Assembly (NCBI GenBank): GCA_043228905.1
Contig: JBHGNT010000006.1
Coordinates: forward strand, 14,508,001-14,572,000
Length of the DNA stretch: 64,000 nucleotides
Direction of reading: 5' to 3'
Source of the DNA: Azolla caroliniana
Lineage: Eukaryota > Plantae > Polypodiophyta
Shown: piece by piece, positions 1 to 13,552 of the stretch
Layout of the letters: every line of letters starts with the position of its first letter
Position numbering within the stretch: position 1 is the first letter of the stretch
The notes under the pieces: model-generated
The model's input: only the letters and a program-made list of their open reading frames with translations
The model's database searches: none
What the model was told of the DNA's origin: nothing
Position numbers and translations under genes: made by a program

Positions 1-435
1 GACACAAAGTAGGTCATTTCACAAAAAGGACCATCACATGCGCAAAGGTTTTTGGAAATTGAATCAAAATATATTAATTTATAACATGTCCAAAATTTTA
101 CAGCTTTCAAAATATGCCCCTAATAATCGACACGTGAAGTTTACAAGAGAACGTACAAAAATTACAAAATGACTAACATGTATATTTATACATATTTGTG
201 AATCGCCATATTCATATCCATCACTTCCCAAAGATACACCTTCCCCTTCAGACCCACCCAATGAACTAGAAGAGCTTTATGAGGTCTCATCCTCATCATC
301 ACTAGCAACCAATGCATTGTCTTCATCCAATTACAATCCAACGTCACTGTGATTATGAGACATACTCCTGGTTCATATATGTAATTCGTCAACAGGCACA
401 TCTAGGACCTTCTCTTTTATTATCTTGATTGTAGT

Positions 436-2704
436 CTATCTTTGATGACATGTTTTGGTCAATGAGAAGTCATACATGAGTATGTCGACATTATCAAGTG
501 TTAGAGTAGATGTGCTGGGTAGATTCTTTCTTGTCCGCTTTCTTCTTGTGCCTCCGACATCCTTAACTATCTGTAAAGAGTACTTCCTAGTAAATGTATC
601 TTTGGAAGAGGTGTGATACCAATGAACCACAATGGATTGAACTTGATTTCCTTCATCATCCTTAATAATTTCAATTATTTTAGCGATCCAAAAGGGATGG
701 GCCAACTTATCACCCCCAACTAATGTTGCAACGAGCATACCAACTTGCAACTCATGTAGATTGTCTTGCCATCTCGCCTCACCAACATGCGATAATGTTG
801 GTCCCACGTAAATATCATACTTGTTGTGGATGAACTAGATTATCCAATTCAAGATTATCTAGTGGTTGTAAACTAGTCGTGCTCTCCATTGATGGGCCAC
901 CAATATTCCATTCGAATTGATTTTATAGTGGCCATACTCCCACAAAGTAGTTATCTAATATTGTACGTTGATCATTAAAGAAGTTATTCCACCATTCCAC
1001 ATCCTGATCACCAGCGTACTTTTTGGTTCGCTCAATATTTTTGTGTTTTCCCTCAAGGCACTGTTGCATCCAATATATCTTTTGCTCTTCAATTGAACTA
1101 TTAGTAGCCAATCTTTTGTGGCCATCATAGGGCATTTGTTCTACACCATAGATTACTGCATCTGGGAAATGCAATAAGAGCTTACGTCCGTCTTGTGGCT
1201 CCCATTGCGAACTAGATGAGTATTGTTTGACATACAACATCATCTGGTTGTGACGGACCACACTTTTGTTGATGAGGAAGACATGGTTAAAACTTATATT
1301 ATTAAGCTTAGCAAGAACCCTACATCGAGTCCCATGACCATTCACATATAATCGTTTAAAATCATAAACTTCATCTAAATGTTGTACATCTGGCTTTGGG
1401 GTATAAACTTCAGTGATCAACTTTGACAGCATAAGAAGTGTGAAAGCATCACATTGATAGCATAGGAAGCGGGAGTAAATCTTGTCAAGTCTGCAAAACT
1501 CTTTGCATCACTGTTATTGTAAGATTAGGGTCATTGTGGATATTTGGATAAGTTAGGAACACTTGAGGCCTTATTTTCTGACAATATAGAAGACAACTTA
1601 CTAAGTGCATCTGCATTAGCCATTCATCTCCAATATCCTTGGGAAACCTTCTAAAGTGTGGCAAACAAGTTTTCTTCTGATCCATCCCATCTATAATCAG
1701 GCACATATACCTTTCTGGTGATTGAAGTGCTTTTTAACGATGGTGCATAACTTTAGATCTTTCCAATGCTTAACTTTCTCGATGTTCTTTTAATAAATTC
1801 TTATAGTTGTTTATTTCTTCACCTGTTGTGCCACTCTTTGCCATGCTTTTTAAGCTTGCACATACAGAGCAAACACCCATCCGGACCTTGCAGGGTATGA
1901 CCACATTGTTCAACTACAATCTCCATAATCGATTAAAATGCCGATATTGTATGTAAGGTACACTTTCTAATAGCATCCTTATAAGCTTGGTACACCTCAC
2001 GACGAGTGAAGTTATCTAACAAATGTAATCTTCCAGTGGTGGGCATAACATCACATTGCGTCGAGAAATATATATCCCATCCATCTCATGGCATGTTGCC
2101 CAATCAGACCCTTACATGCAAATTCTGTATTGTTGAAAGGTACCCACGAGCCCTTATTGAATCGATGTTGAAATTCTTTGGAACCTCATGTTACCAATGC
2201 TAAAAGAAATCTTAAAAGCTACTCAACAACTCTTCATACTCAGTGAAAGGTAATATTCCACATGTAGAGAACTTGAAATTGTCGTGTGGTCCTTAACAAG
2301 TTGCATATGTGAAATCAAGAAAGTATCTTGTTTGTCGCCATTAAGTGACAAATACTTCTGTCGCAATACCCTCAAGTTTGCCTTTCCAAAATTTGAAAGA
2401 AAAAGATCACCACAACATGGCTTGCATATATCAAAGGCAATTTGGCGATCTGAACACAAAAAAATGTATCTTTTAACACTCACTTGTCGTGGAAGTCTTT
2501 GAAAATTCAGAGGCTTATTGATACAATCCTCGTCAACATTACATAAACTAGGTTCCTCATGATTTGTAACTACTTTATTATTTTGTATTCTACCTAGGTT
2601 AAAAGGCTCGATCAAAAAATGTGAATTCGAACTTTCCCAACATCATCGTTGAACTCTACATGGCATCGTTTATTATTTATATGGTTATATTCGTCGATAG
2701 ACAA
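436..2704 (-). pseudogene. Decayed DNA-transposon transposase (Sola/DUF7869-like, DDE-type)
   Basis: Manual minus-strand translation through stops: FNRLWRL*LNNVVIPCKVRMGVCSVCASLK...EHRES*ALERSKVMHHR*KALQSPERYMCLIIDGMDQKKTCLPHF. This gives a CxxC, an H..ER motif and an IIDGMDQ-K--LP acidic motif. ORFs 2223-2615, 923-1432 and 436-807 are collinear pieces. The family name comes from motif recall, not from a search. Confidence 0.6.
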
Positions 2705-3162
2705 TGTAAAGAATTGGATATGATTCTTGTGCAACGGAAGAGATGTGTGTGTATGTGTGTGAGAGAAAAAAGAGGAGAGAAGTGAAAACAGAAGATAGAT
2801 AAGCTAGAGAAATGAAATACTCAAGAAGAAGAAGATGTATATTCACAAGTAAAATAACAAATACAAAAAGGAGGCATTAGAAGGAGTCACAACTGACTTA
2901 GCATGAAGTAGGAGAAGGGTGCTTTATATAAGGTCACCCTCTCTCTTCATTAACTCACTACAACAACTATTCTCTCTTGGGGAATGTGAAGACTCATAGT
3001 CATGGGGAATATGGAACTCATTAGTTATGTGTCATAGAACATGATTCTATGACACATAGTTAATGTGTAGAGAGTAGTGGCATGACTCTTGACCTTTGAG
3101 TGATCATAGATTCTCAAAGGGTGTGTTCACACGTTGCACTATATTGAGCTTGAGTCTCAACA
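2705..3162 (-). repeat. 3' LTR of Copia-1
   Basis: Direct repeat of 7790-8253, tgtaaagaa...tcaaca. Confidence 0.9.
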
Positions 3163-3175
3163 TGGCCCCTCAAGG

Positions 3176-6100
3176 TCAACTCGGGTTGGTTCCTTTCGGT
3201 TGATTTTCGCCTCTGTTGGTATCCGGTTCGGATGATCTCTGGTGTCCGCTTCGGCTTGTACCCAATTCAGACGGTATTTGGTTCTCTCTTGTACTCCCCC
3301 TCAAGCTTGGCAAGTTAGGGATTGTCATTCCAAGGTCTAACATGAATTGCCGGAGCTTGTCGGCTCCTAGGGCTTTGGTGAAGATGTCGGTCGTTTGAAG
3401 ATTTGTGTTGATGTGTTGAAGGTTGACATCTCCGGTGTGAACGCGCTCTCGAATGAAGTGATAATGCACTTCGATATGCTTTGTGCGTGTTTGGAACACC
3501 GGGTTCCGAGCTAGATAAATACTGCTCATGTCGTTGCAGTAGAGGGGAATCAGATCCTTGATGGGAACAACCAGGTCCTTCAAAATCCTCTTGAGCCATA
3601 TGACTTCACATGCAGTTACGACTGCACCCCTGTATTCAGCCTCCGTACTTGAAAGAGTGACCGTCGGCTACTTTTTGCGACTCCACGAAATCGCTCCACT
3701 ACCAAGGGAGAAGACAAACCCAGATGTTGATCATTGATCGGCTTTGTAGTCGGCCCAATCGACATCTGTGTACCCTTCGAGTCGAATTGGTGTCGCCGAT
3801 TTGTAGAGAATGTCGTAATCCATTGTGCCGCTCATGTATCGTAATACTCGCTTAGCGCAATCGAAATGGATATCTCATGGAGTTTGCATGAATAGGCTAA
3901 GGAGTCTGATTGGATAACTAAGGTCGGGTCGAGTGATCGTGAGATAGATGAGGCTCCCGATCAGTTGACAATATTGAGTCGGCTCGCACTCGTCTGTGCC
4001 AGAATCGACATCTATTTTGCGGTTTCGATTGACAGGGCTTGCCACAGATTTGCACTTAGCCCTCCCGAACTTGTATAACAAGTTGAGGATGTAGTGCCGT
4101 TGACAGATCATAATACCAGTCAGAATCCACATTACTTCGATTGCAAGGAAGTAATGGAGCTCCTTCATGTCCGTCATCTCGAATTTGCCGAAGAGGAGGG
4201 ACTTGGCCTTGTTGATGTCGACTAGACTTTCACCTCCAATGCCTAGATCATCTACGTAGAGGATGATGACAATCACGCTTCCTGATTCATTTCATACACA
4301 GAGGGAGTTGTTGGATTTCGACATTCGAAAGCCGATTTGATGAAGATATTGTGTTATCTTCGAATGGCAAGCACGCGGTGCTTGCTTAAGCCCGTAGACA
4401 GGCTTCTTGAGTTGGCAGACGACTTTCGGATGAATGTTGGATTTGAAGTTGGATGTTTGTACCATGTACACCTCCTCTTCTAATTCGCCTTGAAGAAAGG
4501 CATTCGTGACGTCCATCTGGTGTAGATGTTACCCTTTCTGTTGTTGCGAGTGTGAGTACGGTCCGCTCAATTGTCATCTTTGCCACCGAGGCAAATGTCT
4601 CTTCGTAATCGACTCCATGTGTCTGTGCATATCCTTTCGCTAGGAGTCGAGCTTTGTAGCGGTTTATGGAGCCGTCAACATTATACTTCACCTTGTAAAT
4701 CCATCTCCAGTCGATTGCTTTCTTGTGCGGTGATTGGGCAACGAGATCCCATGTTTCTTTTTTGGAGAGTGCTTGCATTTCCTCGTTCATTGCTCCAACC
4801 CATCTAGGGTCCTTCGCGGCTTCAAAAAACGTTTCTGGCTCTGGTAAAGTCGCTACCTTCATCATAAAAGCGTAATGGTACGCCATATACTCATCGTAGC
4901 CGAATCGGCTTACCAGGCTCTTTTCTCAGGTGGATCAGCGGAGCTTCTCGTTTGCGGATACTAAGGTTTTCTTCGCTCCATTTGTTCGGATGTCGAGGCC
5001 TTCGAACTCACTATCGAGGGAGTGAGTCGACTCAATTTCGATCTGATCTTCGTATTGCGGTATGTTGGCCTTCCCTTTATTTCGTACAGTTTTTTGTGAA
5101 TTAGCATTAAAAGGTTCTTTAATAGACATAAACAAGTCGTGTTGGCAGTACGTTGGTCGACTTCACAAGCAAGCTGCGGGTCTTTTTCAATCTAGCTTCA
5201 GACTCGGCCGAGATATGCTTTGATCGCTTGGAGGCTCTTGTAGCCCACTACGCCTTGTCGTAATCGGGCTGGGCTTTCTTCGAACATGTGTTCGAGTTGA
5301 TCTTCTTCTTGTATCTCTTGTTCGGCAGATTCTGGGTCGTGGGGGATCAAAGTTGAAGTTGTCTCTAGTATGTACCAGGATGCTGACTCATCAAAAACGA
5401 TGTCTCAACTTTCTCGAACTTTTCGGGTAGAAGGGTTATAGCACTTGTACCCCTTTTGCTCCAGTGAGTATCCTACGAGGATACATTTCTCCAACTTCAG
5501 GTTGAGCTTTTGTCGCTTCTCGTCAAGGATGTGCACGTATGCATTGGAGCCGAATATCCGAACATGTGATAGATCTAGCTTCTTTCCGAAAAACTTCTCA
5601 TGCGGGGTAACTTCATGCATGCCAGATGTTGGACATCGGTTCATTAGGTAGAAAATTGTGTTGGTGGCTTCTACCCAGTACGACTTCGGCATATGCTTCT
5701 TGTTGAGCATTGCCTGTGCTACTTCGAGGATGTGCAGATTCTTTTGTTTTGCTACTCTGTTCTGTTGTGGCGTATGTCGACACGAAAACTTTCGCTGGCC
5801 GAATTCCTTCTTTCCGTAGAAAAGCCAAAAATTCATCGGAGAAGTACTCTTTTCCTCCATCGGACCGAAGAGATCATACATGTCGACCTGTTTCCTTTTT
5901 GACTCCATTGTTGAATTTTTGGAAGTGTCAGAACACTTCGTTCTTTTGCCGCATGGGGTAGATCCAGGTGTGCCTGGAGAAGTCGTCGATGAAGACCACA
6001 TAGTATCGGAATCTACCGAATGTAGCCGTTTGAGTTGGTCCCCATACATCAAAATGAATTACGTCGAGTATGCCTTTGCTCACGTTCCTCTCCTTCGGAA

Positions 6101-7630
6101 ATGGATGTTGATGTTGCTTCCCGAATTGGCATGCTGCACATACGCCTTCAATCTCTTTCTCTTTGAAGGTCAGGAATCCAATTACGACTCCTTTCGATTG
6201 CATTGCCTTGAGCTTTTGGAGCTTGATGTGGCCAATCCGCTTGTGACACAACTCTATGTAAGTGTTCGCTTTGGTGCCTTTTGCAAACATGGCCGATTTG
6301 ACCTCGTGCGAGTCAAGAATGAACATTTGTCCCTCTCTTCTTCCATGAGTGATGAGTCGACCCTCTTTCTCGATGAAGCAACCACCTTGATTAAATCGAA
6401 CTTGCATCCCTTGCTTAACAATTTCGCCAACGGAGACCAAATTCTTCGTAATGGTAGGTACATGCAAGACATTCTTAATGTAAGTTTGGTTACCTTCTTT
6501 GCCGAATGGAACATTGCCGATTTGCCGAATCGGATGAGTAGTGTCATCTCCGGTTTTGACATAGCCGGGTTGGTCTTACTCTCAAAGTTCTTGGAACCAT
6601 TCTTGATGAGACGTCATATGGTTCAAAGCACCGAAGTCGACGCACCATACATCTTCCGGACCGGAGGCACTAGTTGAAGTAGAAGCCGACATAGAATTTG
6701 CTCTATCTCAAATCACGGACATTCTGCCATGATCGTCATAGTCGGAGTTGGTGGTGTAACTGGTGTGTTGTCGGCTAGTGGAAGCCGACTCACGCATCTT
6801 CTTTCGGCACTCTTCTTCGTGGTGGCCGATTTTGCCACAATATCCGCATTCAATCGAGGTTTTTCGGCTCGGACCAAAATGGAAGCTCTCCCTTCTTCTG
6901 AAGGTTCCTCGATGGCTTCTGTCTTGTTGCCGAAATTGGGAGTTATTTTCGCATGTTGGACCTTGTCCACCTCGTCCTTGGCTGAATGGGCCTCTTATTG
7001 CATGGCTGCGTCGCGTCCTCTTCGTCCGTCCGAGTGTGAGTAAAGCATGTAGCCTTCCAAGACGTTGCTCCTTGTTCGAACATGGTTTTCTTTGACCAAC
7101 AACATGGATGGAAGATCAAAGAAAATGGGTGGATTCTGTCGTGCTAGTACGGTGGTAGTCATCACGTCGAACCGTGGTGCAAGACCACCGATGCATATTT
7201 GCACCATCTCATCATCGTCCACATTGACGCTTATTGAGCCGAACAAGTCACAAAGCTCCTTGATCTTCAAGGTGTAGCTTGTGATAGACATATCCCTTTG
7301 TTGGATATTATTCCACTCTTGGCGGAGTTGAAGGTTTCTTGCGGTTGTGTTGGCCGCGAAAATCTTACGTATATTCTCCCATGCTTCCTTTGGCGTCAGG
7401 ACTTCTCGAATGTACCTAAGCATGTGATCATGAACACATGTCACCAAGCAATACATCACTCGACTTGCCTTGAGTAGTCTGCGTTTTTCGGGTCGGGTCG
7501 ATTTTCTTGTGCTCCTTTGATGTATCTCCAATATCCTTGACGGACAAGGTATTGGTGCATCTTGTACTCCCAAGATGCAAAGTTGTTTTGATCCAACTTC
7601 TTGCTAGCGAGAGCGCTCCCCATTTGAGTA
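3176..7630 (-). pseudogene. Copia-1 gag-pol polyprotein, frameshifted
   Basis: Gag (NTTARNLQLRQEWNN), GAG-pre-INT (HKRIGH...CAACQFGKQH), INT (DVWGP; PQQNRVAK), RT (YKARLLAKGYAQ; LYVDDL), RH (ARNPVFQTRTKHIEVHYHF). Confidence 0.92.
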
Positions 7631-7789
7631 TTGATTGTCGATGAAGCTTTCTTTCTTCTTTTCCTTCTCTTCGAACACGAGCTATGTAGTCACACTATGA
7701 TAGTGATGCGCCGGTTCTTCTTGAACATCAACGTAGAACACAACACACACAGATGGACTAGATCGAGCTACCAAACCGCTCTGATACCA

Positions 7790-8253
7790 TGTAAAGAATC
7801 AGATATGATTATTGTGCAGCGGAAAAGATTTGTGTTCTGTGTATGTATGTGTGTGAGAGAGAAAAGAGAAGAGGAGAAAACACAAGATAGCTAAGCTAGA
7901 GAAATGAAATACTCAAGAAGAAGAAAATGTATATTCACAAGTAAAATAGCAAATACAAAAGGTAGCATTACAAGGAGTCACAACCAACCTAGTATGAAGT
8001 AGGAGAAGGGTGCTTTGTATAAGGTCACCCTCTCTCTTCATTAACTCACTACAACAACTACTCTCTCTTGGGGAATGTGAAGACTCATTGTCATGGCAAA
8101 TATGGCACTCATTAGTTATGTGTCATAGAATATGATTCTATTACGCATAGTTAATGTGTAGAGAGTAGTGGTGTGAAACTTGAACTTTTAGTGATCATAG
8201 ATTCTCAAAGGGTATGTTCACACTTTGCACTATGTTGAGCTTGATTTTCAACA
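7790..8253 (-). repeat. 5' LTR of Copia-1
   Basis: Direct repeat of 2705-3162; abuts the PBS at 7778-7789. Confidence 0.9.
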
Positions 8254-8727
8254 AAGAATAACGAGTTATTAGATAGTTTAAAAGGCTCAATGGAGAATAG
8301 AGAACTTTTACTCGAGGTTGAGGACATCTCGACGAAGGCTAACTAAGCTCAAGTGAGTTGAAAATAGCTCAAAATTTTCTTCTATATTAATTCAAATTTA
8401 AATATAATTTTTAATTTTTTTTTTAAAACAATAATTAAAAAATATATATAAAGGAAAGGCCTCTTCTGATTGTCATTATCGCATTCAAGAAGAAAGGGAG
8501 CATAGGAGCACAGAGCATCCCAGACTTTCCATTTTTGCCTCCCTGGGCAACTTGAGTCGACATCAGCAACATGAACAAGGGAAAGAAACTTGATAGCTAT
8601 CTTCTTTTAACTATTTTTTAAGATTCTCTAAAGATTCCCAAAACATTCCATTTTACTTTTGTTCATTTTTTGCACTGCATCGAGTTCTCTTTGAAAGCCA
8701 CCCGCTTTCAACGAATCATCACATAGA

Positions 8728-10130
8728 TTACTCACTTTTGAAACTTTTGAACTCCTTGGCGGCCACTCTTGACAATACAGATATTAATAATTTGTCATCC
8801 TTTATCCCTTGCAATGACCGCCAAGGAAGCAACTTCATGTCGTCAACTAATTCTTCAATCACTAAGTCACTTTTCTGTGACTTAGACTTTATCTCCATTT
8901 GTGGGTCCAACTTAGCCTTCTTTGATCTTTGACTCTTTATTTTTTTTCGCTCCCACATACTAAAAATTTGATCTTGGAGGTCCCACGCCTCCCCTGTTCT
9001 GAAAGCAACTTGAAACTAGGAGTCATACTTCCTCAAGCCTTCAGACTTTGTGCTTTCATCAACTATTATCCCCACTTCAAGCAGACATTGTTGTCGCAAT
9101 CCAAGATGCAGCCTCAGACCAAATTTTTGCAATCCAGGATGAAAGAACCTGATGTGTTATATACATGACATCTTCTGTCTATAGTCATTATCATTATTGT
9201 GGTCCTACGCTATCACCTGGCTTCTTCATATGTAAGGCTAACGTACACTTTACATTCTGCATATTTGAAGAATGGGGTAAGAGGATACTCCTTGACAAGT
9301 TGGCATCGTGCTTCGGCAGACTGGGATCCTCCAATCACGTAGTATGTGTAATCATCAACCGAACTATACTAGAAGTCAGCTACAGTTGGGCACTGATCTG
9401 GGTCTACCATTACTAAGAATGGTACTATAGTAGCATGTGGATTTATCTTCATTTTGCTTTTCAAGTTTTGTGCATGCACTGAATGTGGTTGTCTTATCTC
9501 TAGAGTCCATCTTCCTGTTTCTCGATCAATTGGTGGCCTATGAATAGAAAAATCGGTAAGTGAAATAGTTGTCCCTTACTTTTCTCTGATCCGATTTTTC
9601 TCTTAAGTGAGGATCCCCAAGGAAATCTGGCCACATGGAGGAATTACTTCGAGTTGTGTATCTTCCTCCTCATCTTCAACGAACTCGAGTACTTTGGGCT
9701 CGTCCTATCAGGATGGTGCCATTTCTTGTACTTGTGTTTTGCTTTTCCTTTTTTGGCCGGCTTTGGTGGGGTGCATTCTTGTGCAACCATGAGTTCTCCT
9801 TTGATATACGGATGCAAAGCAACAATCAATTTGTTTTTTCTGTTTCTACATCTTTCTTCAAGGCTTTGGGGTGGTAGGAGTCCATTATAAAAGCAGGTTC
9901 GATGAGTCATTGTCCTCATATTCAACATTCTTTATTTGCCCGTAGTTGAAGGTCTTTCCCACTTGAAGCTTTCCTTCACCTTCTTCCTCGGAATAGATCA
10001 ACGTCCATTCGACATGGGAGTAGCTCTTGAGGTGAGGCTCCCTAGTCTTAGAGGTCCCATCACCACCCGACTAAATAAAAGTTTTCCAAGATTCTGGCTT
10101 ATGCATGTGGTCGGCAGGTTTTTTTGTTGA
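8728..10130 (-). pseudogene. Decayed ORF with a ParB/Srx-like domain; probable accessory gene of the DNA transposon
   Basis: Manual translation of ~9570-9060: WTLEIRQPHSVHAQNLKSKMKINPHATIVPFLVMVDPDQ...YYVIGGSQSAEARCQLVKEYP...KVYVSLTYEEAR/A*DHNNDNDYRQKMSCI. Same strand as, and upstream of, the transposase. Confidence 0.45.
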
Positions 10131-12159
10131 AGAGGGAATCTTCAATTTGAAAGATCGTACCTTCTGACGCGGTTCACTGAAAACAACAAGTAGAAACACA
10201 ATGATATAAAATTATTCGTAAAAATAGACACTCTAAACCTTATAACAAAGGTAAAGTTCATGAAAATTAGTAAAAGAACACTCGAATTTAAATGTAACCT
10301 TGTATAAAAAACACTTTAAAAAAGCTAATAAAATAGCAATAAAGTTACTATTTCTAGTATATCAATCACAAAATTTGCCTCCCTCTTTCAACGGGGACTC
10401 GATGCAGTGCATAGAGTTCCCATTCAAAGCAACACTCATTCAATGGGATAACGTCCACTAGTCTACAACCTCTATTTTCGGAGGGCTAAAATTTCTGGTG
10501 CCTAGCCTGACTGTCGTGGGCCATGCCTTGATAGCCCTCTCCAAAAATTCTCTCGGCCTTCGCTGCCAAGAGAGTCCTAATTTCGCTCATGGTTCGGCCG
10601 AGCCGTCAAGAATTGGACGAAGTGTCGACAGTCCTAACTCTTAACCCGTGCATATGCTGAACCATTGTCCAACATCTTTGTCTCCATTCAAGTTGTCGTG
10701 ATGTATGGTTCACTGAGTATAACGGGGTGCGAGGACATCTCCTGCACGTAGAAGTGTTGGTCGATTTCGATATCTATGCTTCATGTTGATCGGCCATTTG
10801 CCCTTCTTATAGAAATCCATCGACATCAACACCACGATAGGCTCATCCACGTCCCCAATTCGGACCGGGGTATCCATTGTCTCTCTTGCCCAGTGTGGCC
10901 TCATATAATGGATGCCGGCATAGTCGTCCTCTATCGCCACCTCGTCAATGTGGGCCGCCTTTACCTCGACTAGTTTCTCGTTCTCTAGCTTCGTTGAGAG
11001 CCACTTTCTCTTCACTAGGTCGATGATTGAGTCGTGGAACTCTTTCTTCATGATTCCTAGTACTCCTTGTAATGAGAGCTCCACCTGTCTTTCGAGGATC
11101 CGCTCCTCTAAGACCTTCTGCAAGTTTGTTGTCTTCTCGATCTCCAACTTGACCTGGAAGCTCGGGAATTTTTCTTTGCCCTTTTCTTGGGATCTGGCCG
11201 AACCACTATCACTTTCCTTTGGTCCACTCTGGGTGTCCTATCTCCCCGATGGGCCTACCCCTCAAGCCTTTCTGGCACGTTTGTCCTCTACCAAGACTTC
11301 ATAGTTCTGGCACACGGCCTCCACGAAGCCAGTGCTTTCTTCCACCGGATCGCCCCATCTAGTGACCTCACGAACCCACCTCTCCGCGCGGTCCGCCTCT
11401 TCCTTCCTTAGCTTCTTCCTAGACAAGCCTTCAAGCACCATCGGTCAAAATCTAGTGTCGGTTCCAGATCTGGTGCCCTTCTCTCCACTGGCTTGAATTG
11501 TGGCCAATGCCAAGTAATGGATGGTCTTTGCGTGCCGTGCCGCAACATCGTCCATCAGCCATTTCATTCTACTCTAGCCAGTGTTTATCTCCGGTCGTGA
11601 GGCCGTCGTCTGTCTGCAAGAGGAGACCAACCTTCTTTCGGTCGCATGAGTCGACGGACTTGATGAATAACATAACCTTGCTCGTCTTGATAACGATTCG
11701 ATCTAACATCGATAATCACGCGAATTGCTTCTTGAATTCTTGGAGAAGCACTGATGTGTTTCTTCCTTTGTCAAGCGACTCGACCCACACCATAAGCTCT
11801 CGTTTTGACATTCAGAGTGAGTCATCAATGTCATACCTCTCGAGGAGTCGCTCATCGAACTCCAACCACTTTCGGTATTTAGTTTGAATCTCAAGCACCT
11901 TCGCATGGATGCTCGGTGCCACGACTCACGAAAATCCGGACACTATCCTTCAAGATCTCCTGCATCAACATTTCGCCCTTATAGGCTTCCAAGTATCTTG
12001 TCATGTCTTTACTATTAAATCAGCCTGTCGTGCCGACTATCATTTGATGGCCGTATCAAGGCCACCCACACTTTCCTGAGCATTCACTAGGTGGTCAACA
12101 ACTACCGCCATTGCTTCGGCAAGTTCATTTCCCTAATTTTAAGCTCCTCTGCCAGCCCT

Positions 12160-12177
12160 TTCATATTGGGTTCACTA
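12160..12177 (-). promoter_or_regulatory. Degenerate tRNA-Trp primer-binding site of element H
   Basis: The minus strand reads TAGTGAACCCAATATGAA, versus TGGTGAACCCGACGTGAA in element G; it lies 4 nt after the LTR end. Confidence 0.7.
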
Positions 12178-12392
12178 AAGATGTTGCAATTTTCCATGTG
12201 TCCGTTTTGGATTGGGGCGGTAACACCGAGGTCTTGAACCAAGCAGTTGGTAAGAGAATAGGGAGAAAGAGAATGACTATCCAAATCATGTTCTAATAAC
12301 TTCACCGGAATGCGGCACGGACACATAACCAAATCGGACCAGTGTCCAGATGCCAGATGATGAGCACATGAGCTCAAATACGTACACTGTTC

Positions 12393-13452
12393 CGGAAGTG
12401 TCGTCGGTTAACGAACGATGAGCTCACGGGCTCACACTCTCGGGTATGCACACAGGTGAGGGGGTAGGGACCGAAAGACACACAAAATATGGAAGAACAA
12501 TGAAATAATCAATTAACTTACAATAGAAGAAATACAACTAGGCTCGGCCGACAACAGAGCATCGAGCTCTACACACACACACACACACGATGAGCTCACA
12601 GGCTCACACTCTGGGGTATGTACACAGGTGAGGGGGTAGGGACCGAAAGACACACGAAATATGGAAGAACAATGAAATAGTCGATTAACTTACAATAGAA
12701 GAAATACAACCAGGCTCGGCCGACAACAAAGTGTCGAGCTCTACACACACACACACATAGAGAATCTAGTGAGCCTCTTGTCAAGAGGACACGGGCTTCC
12801 AACGCTAACAAATGCCTCATAGAACAACGACTGGCAAACAAAAAGCAAGAAACGAGTAGCTGACACTGTAATCCTACAAAGCTTCCGCCTCCTAAAACGA
12901 TCAATCCCCTTTATGGTCTCTCTCCTCTCATTTTATAGATCCAACGAGAGGAGGATCAGTGTTACATCAGTAGTTTAAGACAACCGATCCAGTTAGTGAT
13001 TTCCCCCTCGCTTTCCTTCCTACATAGGTTTCATTCCTCTCTTTTTGTGGGACATTAAAGTATCCATCTAATTCATACTGCCTAATGCTTATTAGTCTTA
13101 TGTTATTTATAATGTTCTTAATATATATATATATAATACTAGTGACACTGTAATCCTACAAAGCTTCCGCCTCCTAAAACGATCAATCCCCTTTATGGTC
13201 TCTCTCCTCTCATTTTATAGATCCAACGAGAGGAGGATCAGTGTTACATCAATAGTTTAAGACAACCGATCCAGTTAGTGATTTCCCCCTCGCTTTCCTT
13301 CCTACATAGGTTTCATTCCTCTCTTTTTGTGGGACATTAAAGTATCCATCTAATTCATACTGCCTAATACTTATTAGTCTTATGTTATTTATAATGTTCT
13401 TAATATATATATATATATATAATACTAGTTCCTGTGCGTCCTTGCACCAACA
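12393..13452 (-). mobile_element. Solo LTR with two internal tandem duplications, inserted in the LTR of H
   Basis: Flanked by TGTTC at 12388-12392 and 13453-13457. Starts tgttggtgc on the minus strand; the other terminus is mutated. Holds a ~175-bp duplication (~12417-12757) and a ~282-bp duplication (12861-13429). Confidence 0.6.
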
Positions 13453-13552
13453 TGTTCACATGCGACTGGTGAGTTCTCCTTCTCATGGATGAAACTCCTG
13501 TTCCCACGCGACCGACTCCCTTTTCTCTCTACGCCAGAAATCTCTTACGACA

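Larger units (their letters stand above)
2705..8253 (-). mobile_element. Full-length degenerate Ty1/copia LTR retrotransposon (Copia-1, related to Copia E)
   Basis: LTRs 2705-3162 and 7790-8253 (TG...CA). tRNA-iMet PBS (gctctgatacca) at 7778-7789. Degenerate PPT near 3163-3175. Gag/PR/INT/RT/RH fragments in copia order. Flanks GACAA/AAGAA match only 3/5. Confidence 0.93.
10480..13552 (-). mobile_element. Truncated Ty3/gypsy element H (5' LTR plus gag/protease region)
   Basis: LTR 12182-13552 (tgtcgta...gcaaca on the minus strand), interrupted by a solo LTR. Degenerate tRNA-Trp PBS at 12160-12177. Gag is similar to that of element G. ORF 10710-11147 has KVLEERILERQVELSL. The left boundary is approximate. 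Confidence 0.7.

Noticed and set aside
5880-6677. Long antisense ORFs over Copia integrase (also 28650-29441)
   Set aside because: These are shadow frames of pol with no recognisable motifs.
8671-10430. TIRs of the DNA transposon (TGCACTGCATCGAGT in inverted orientation at ~8671 and ~10397)
   Set aside because: The match is short with no TSD. It may be a subterminal motif, but termini cannot be defined from this window.
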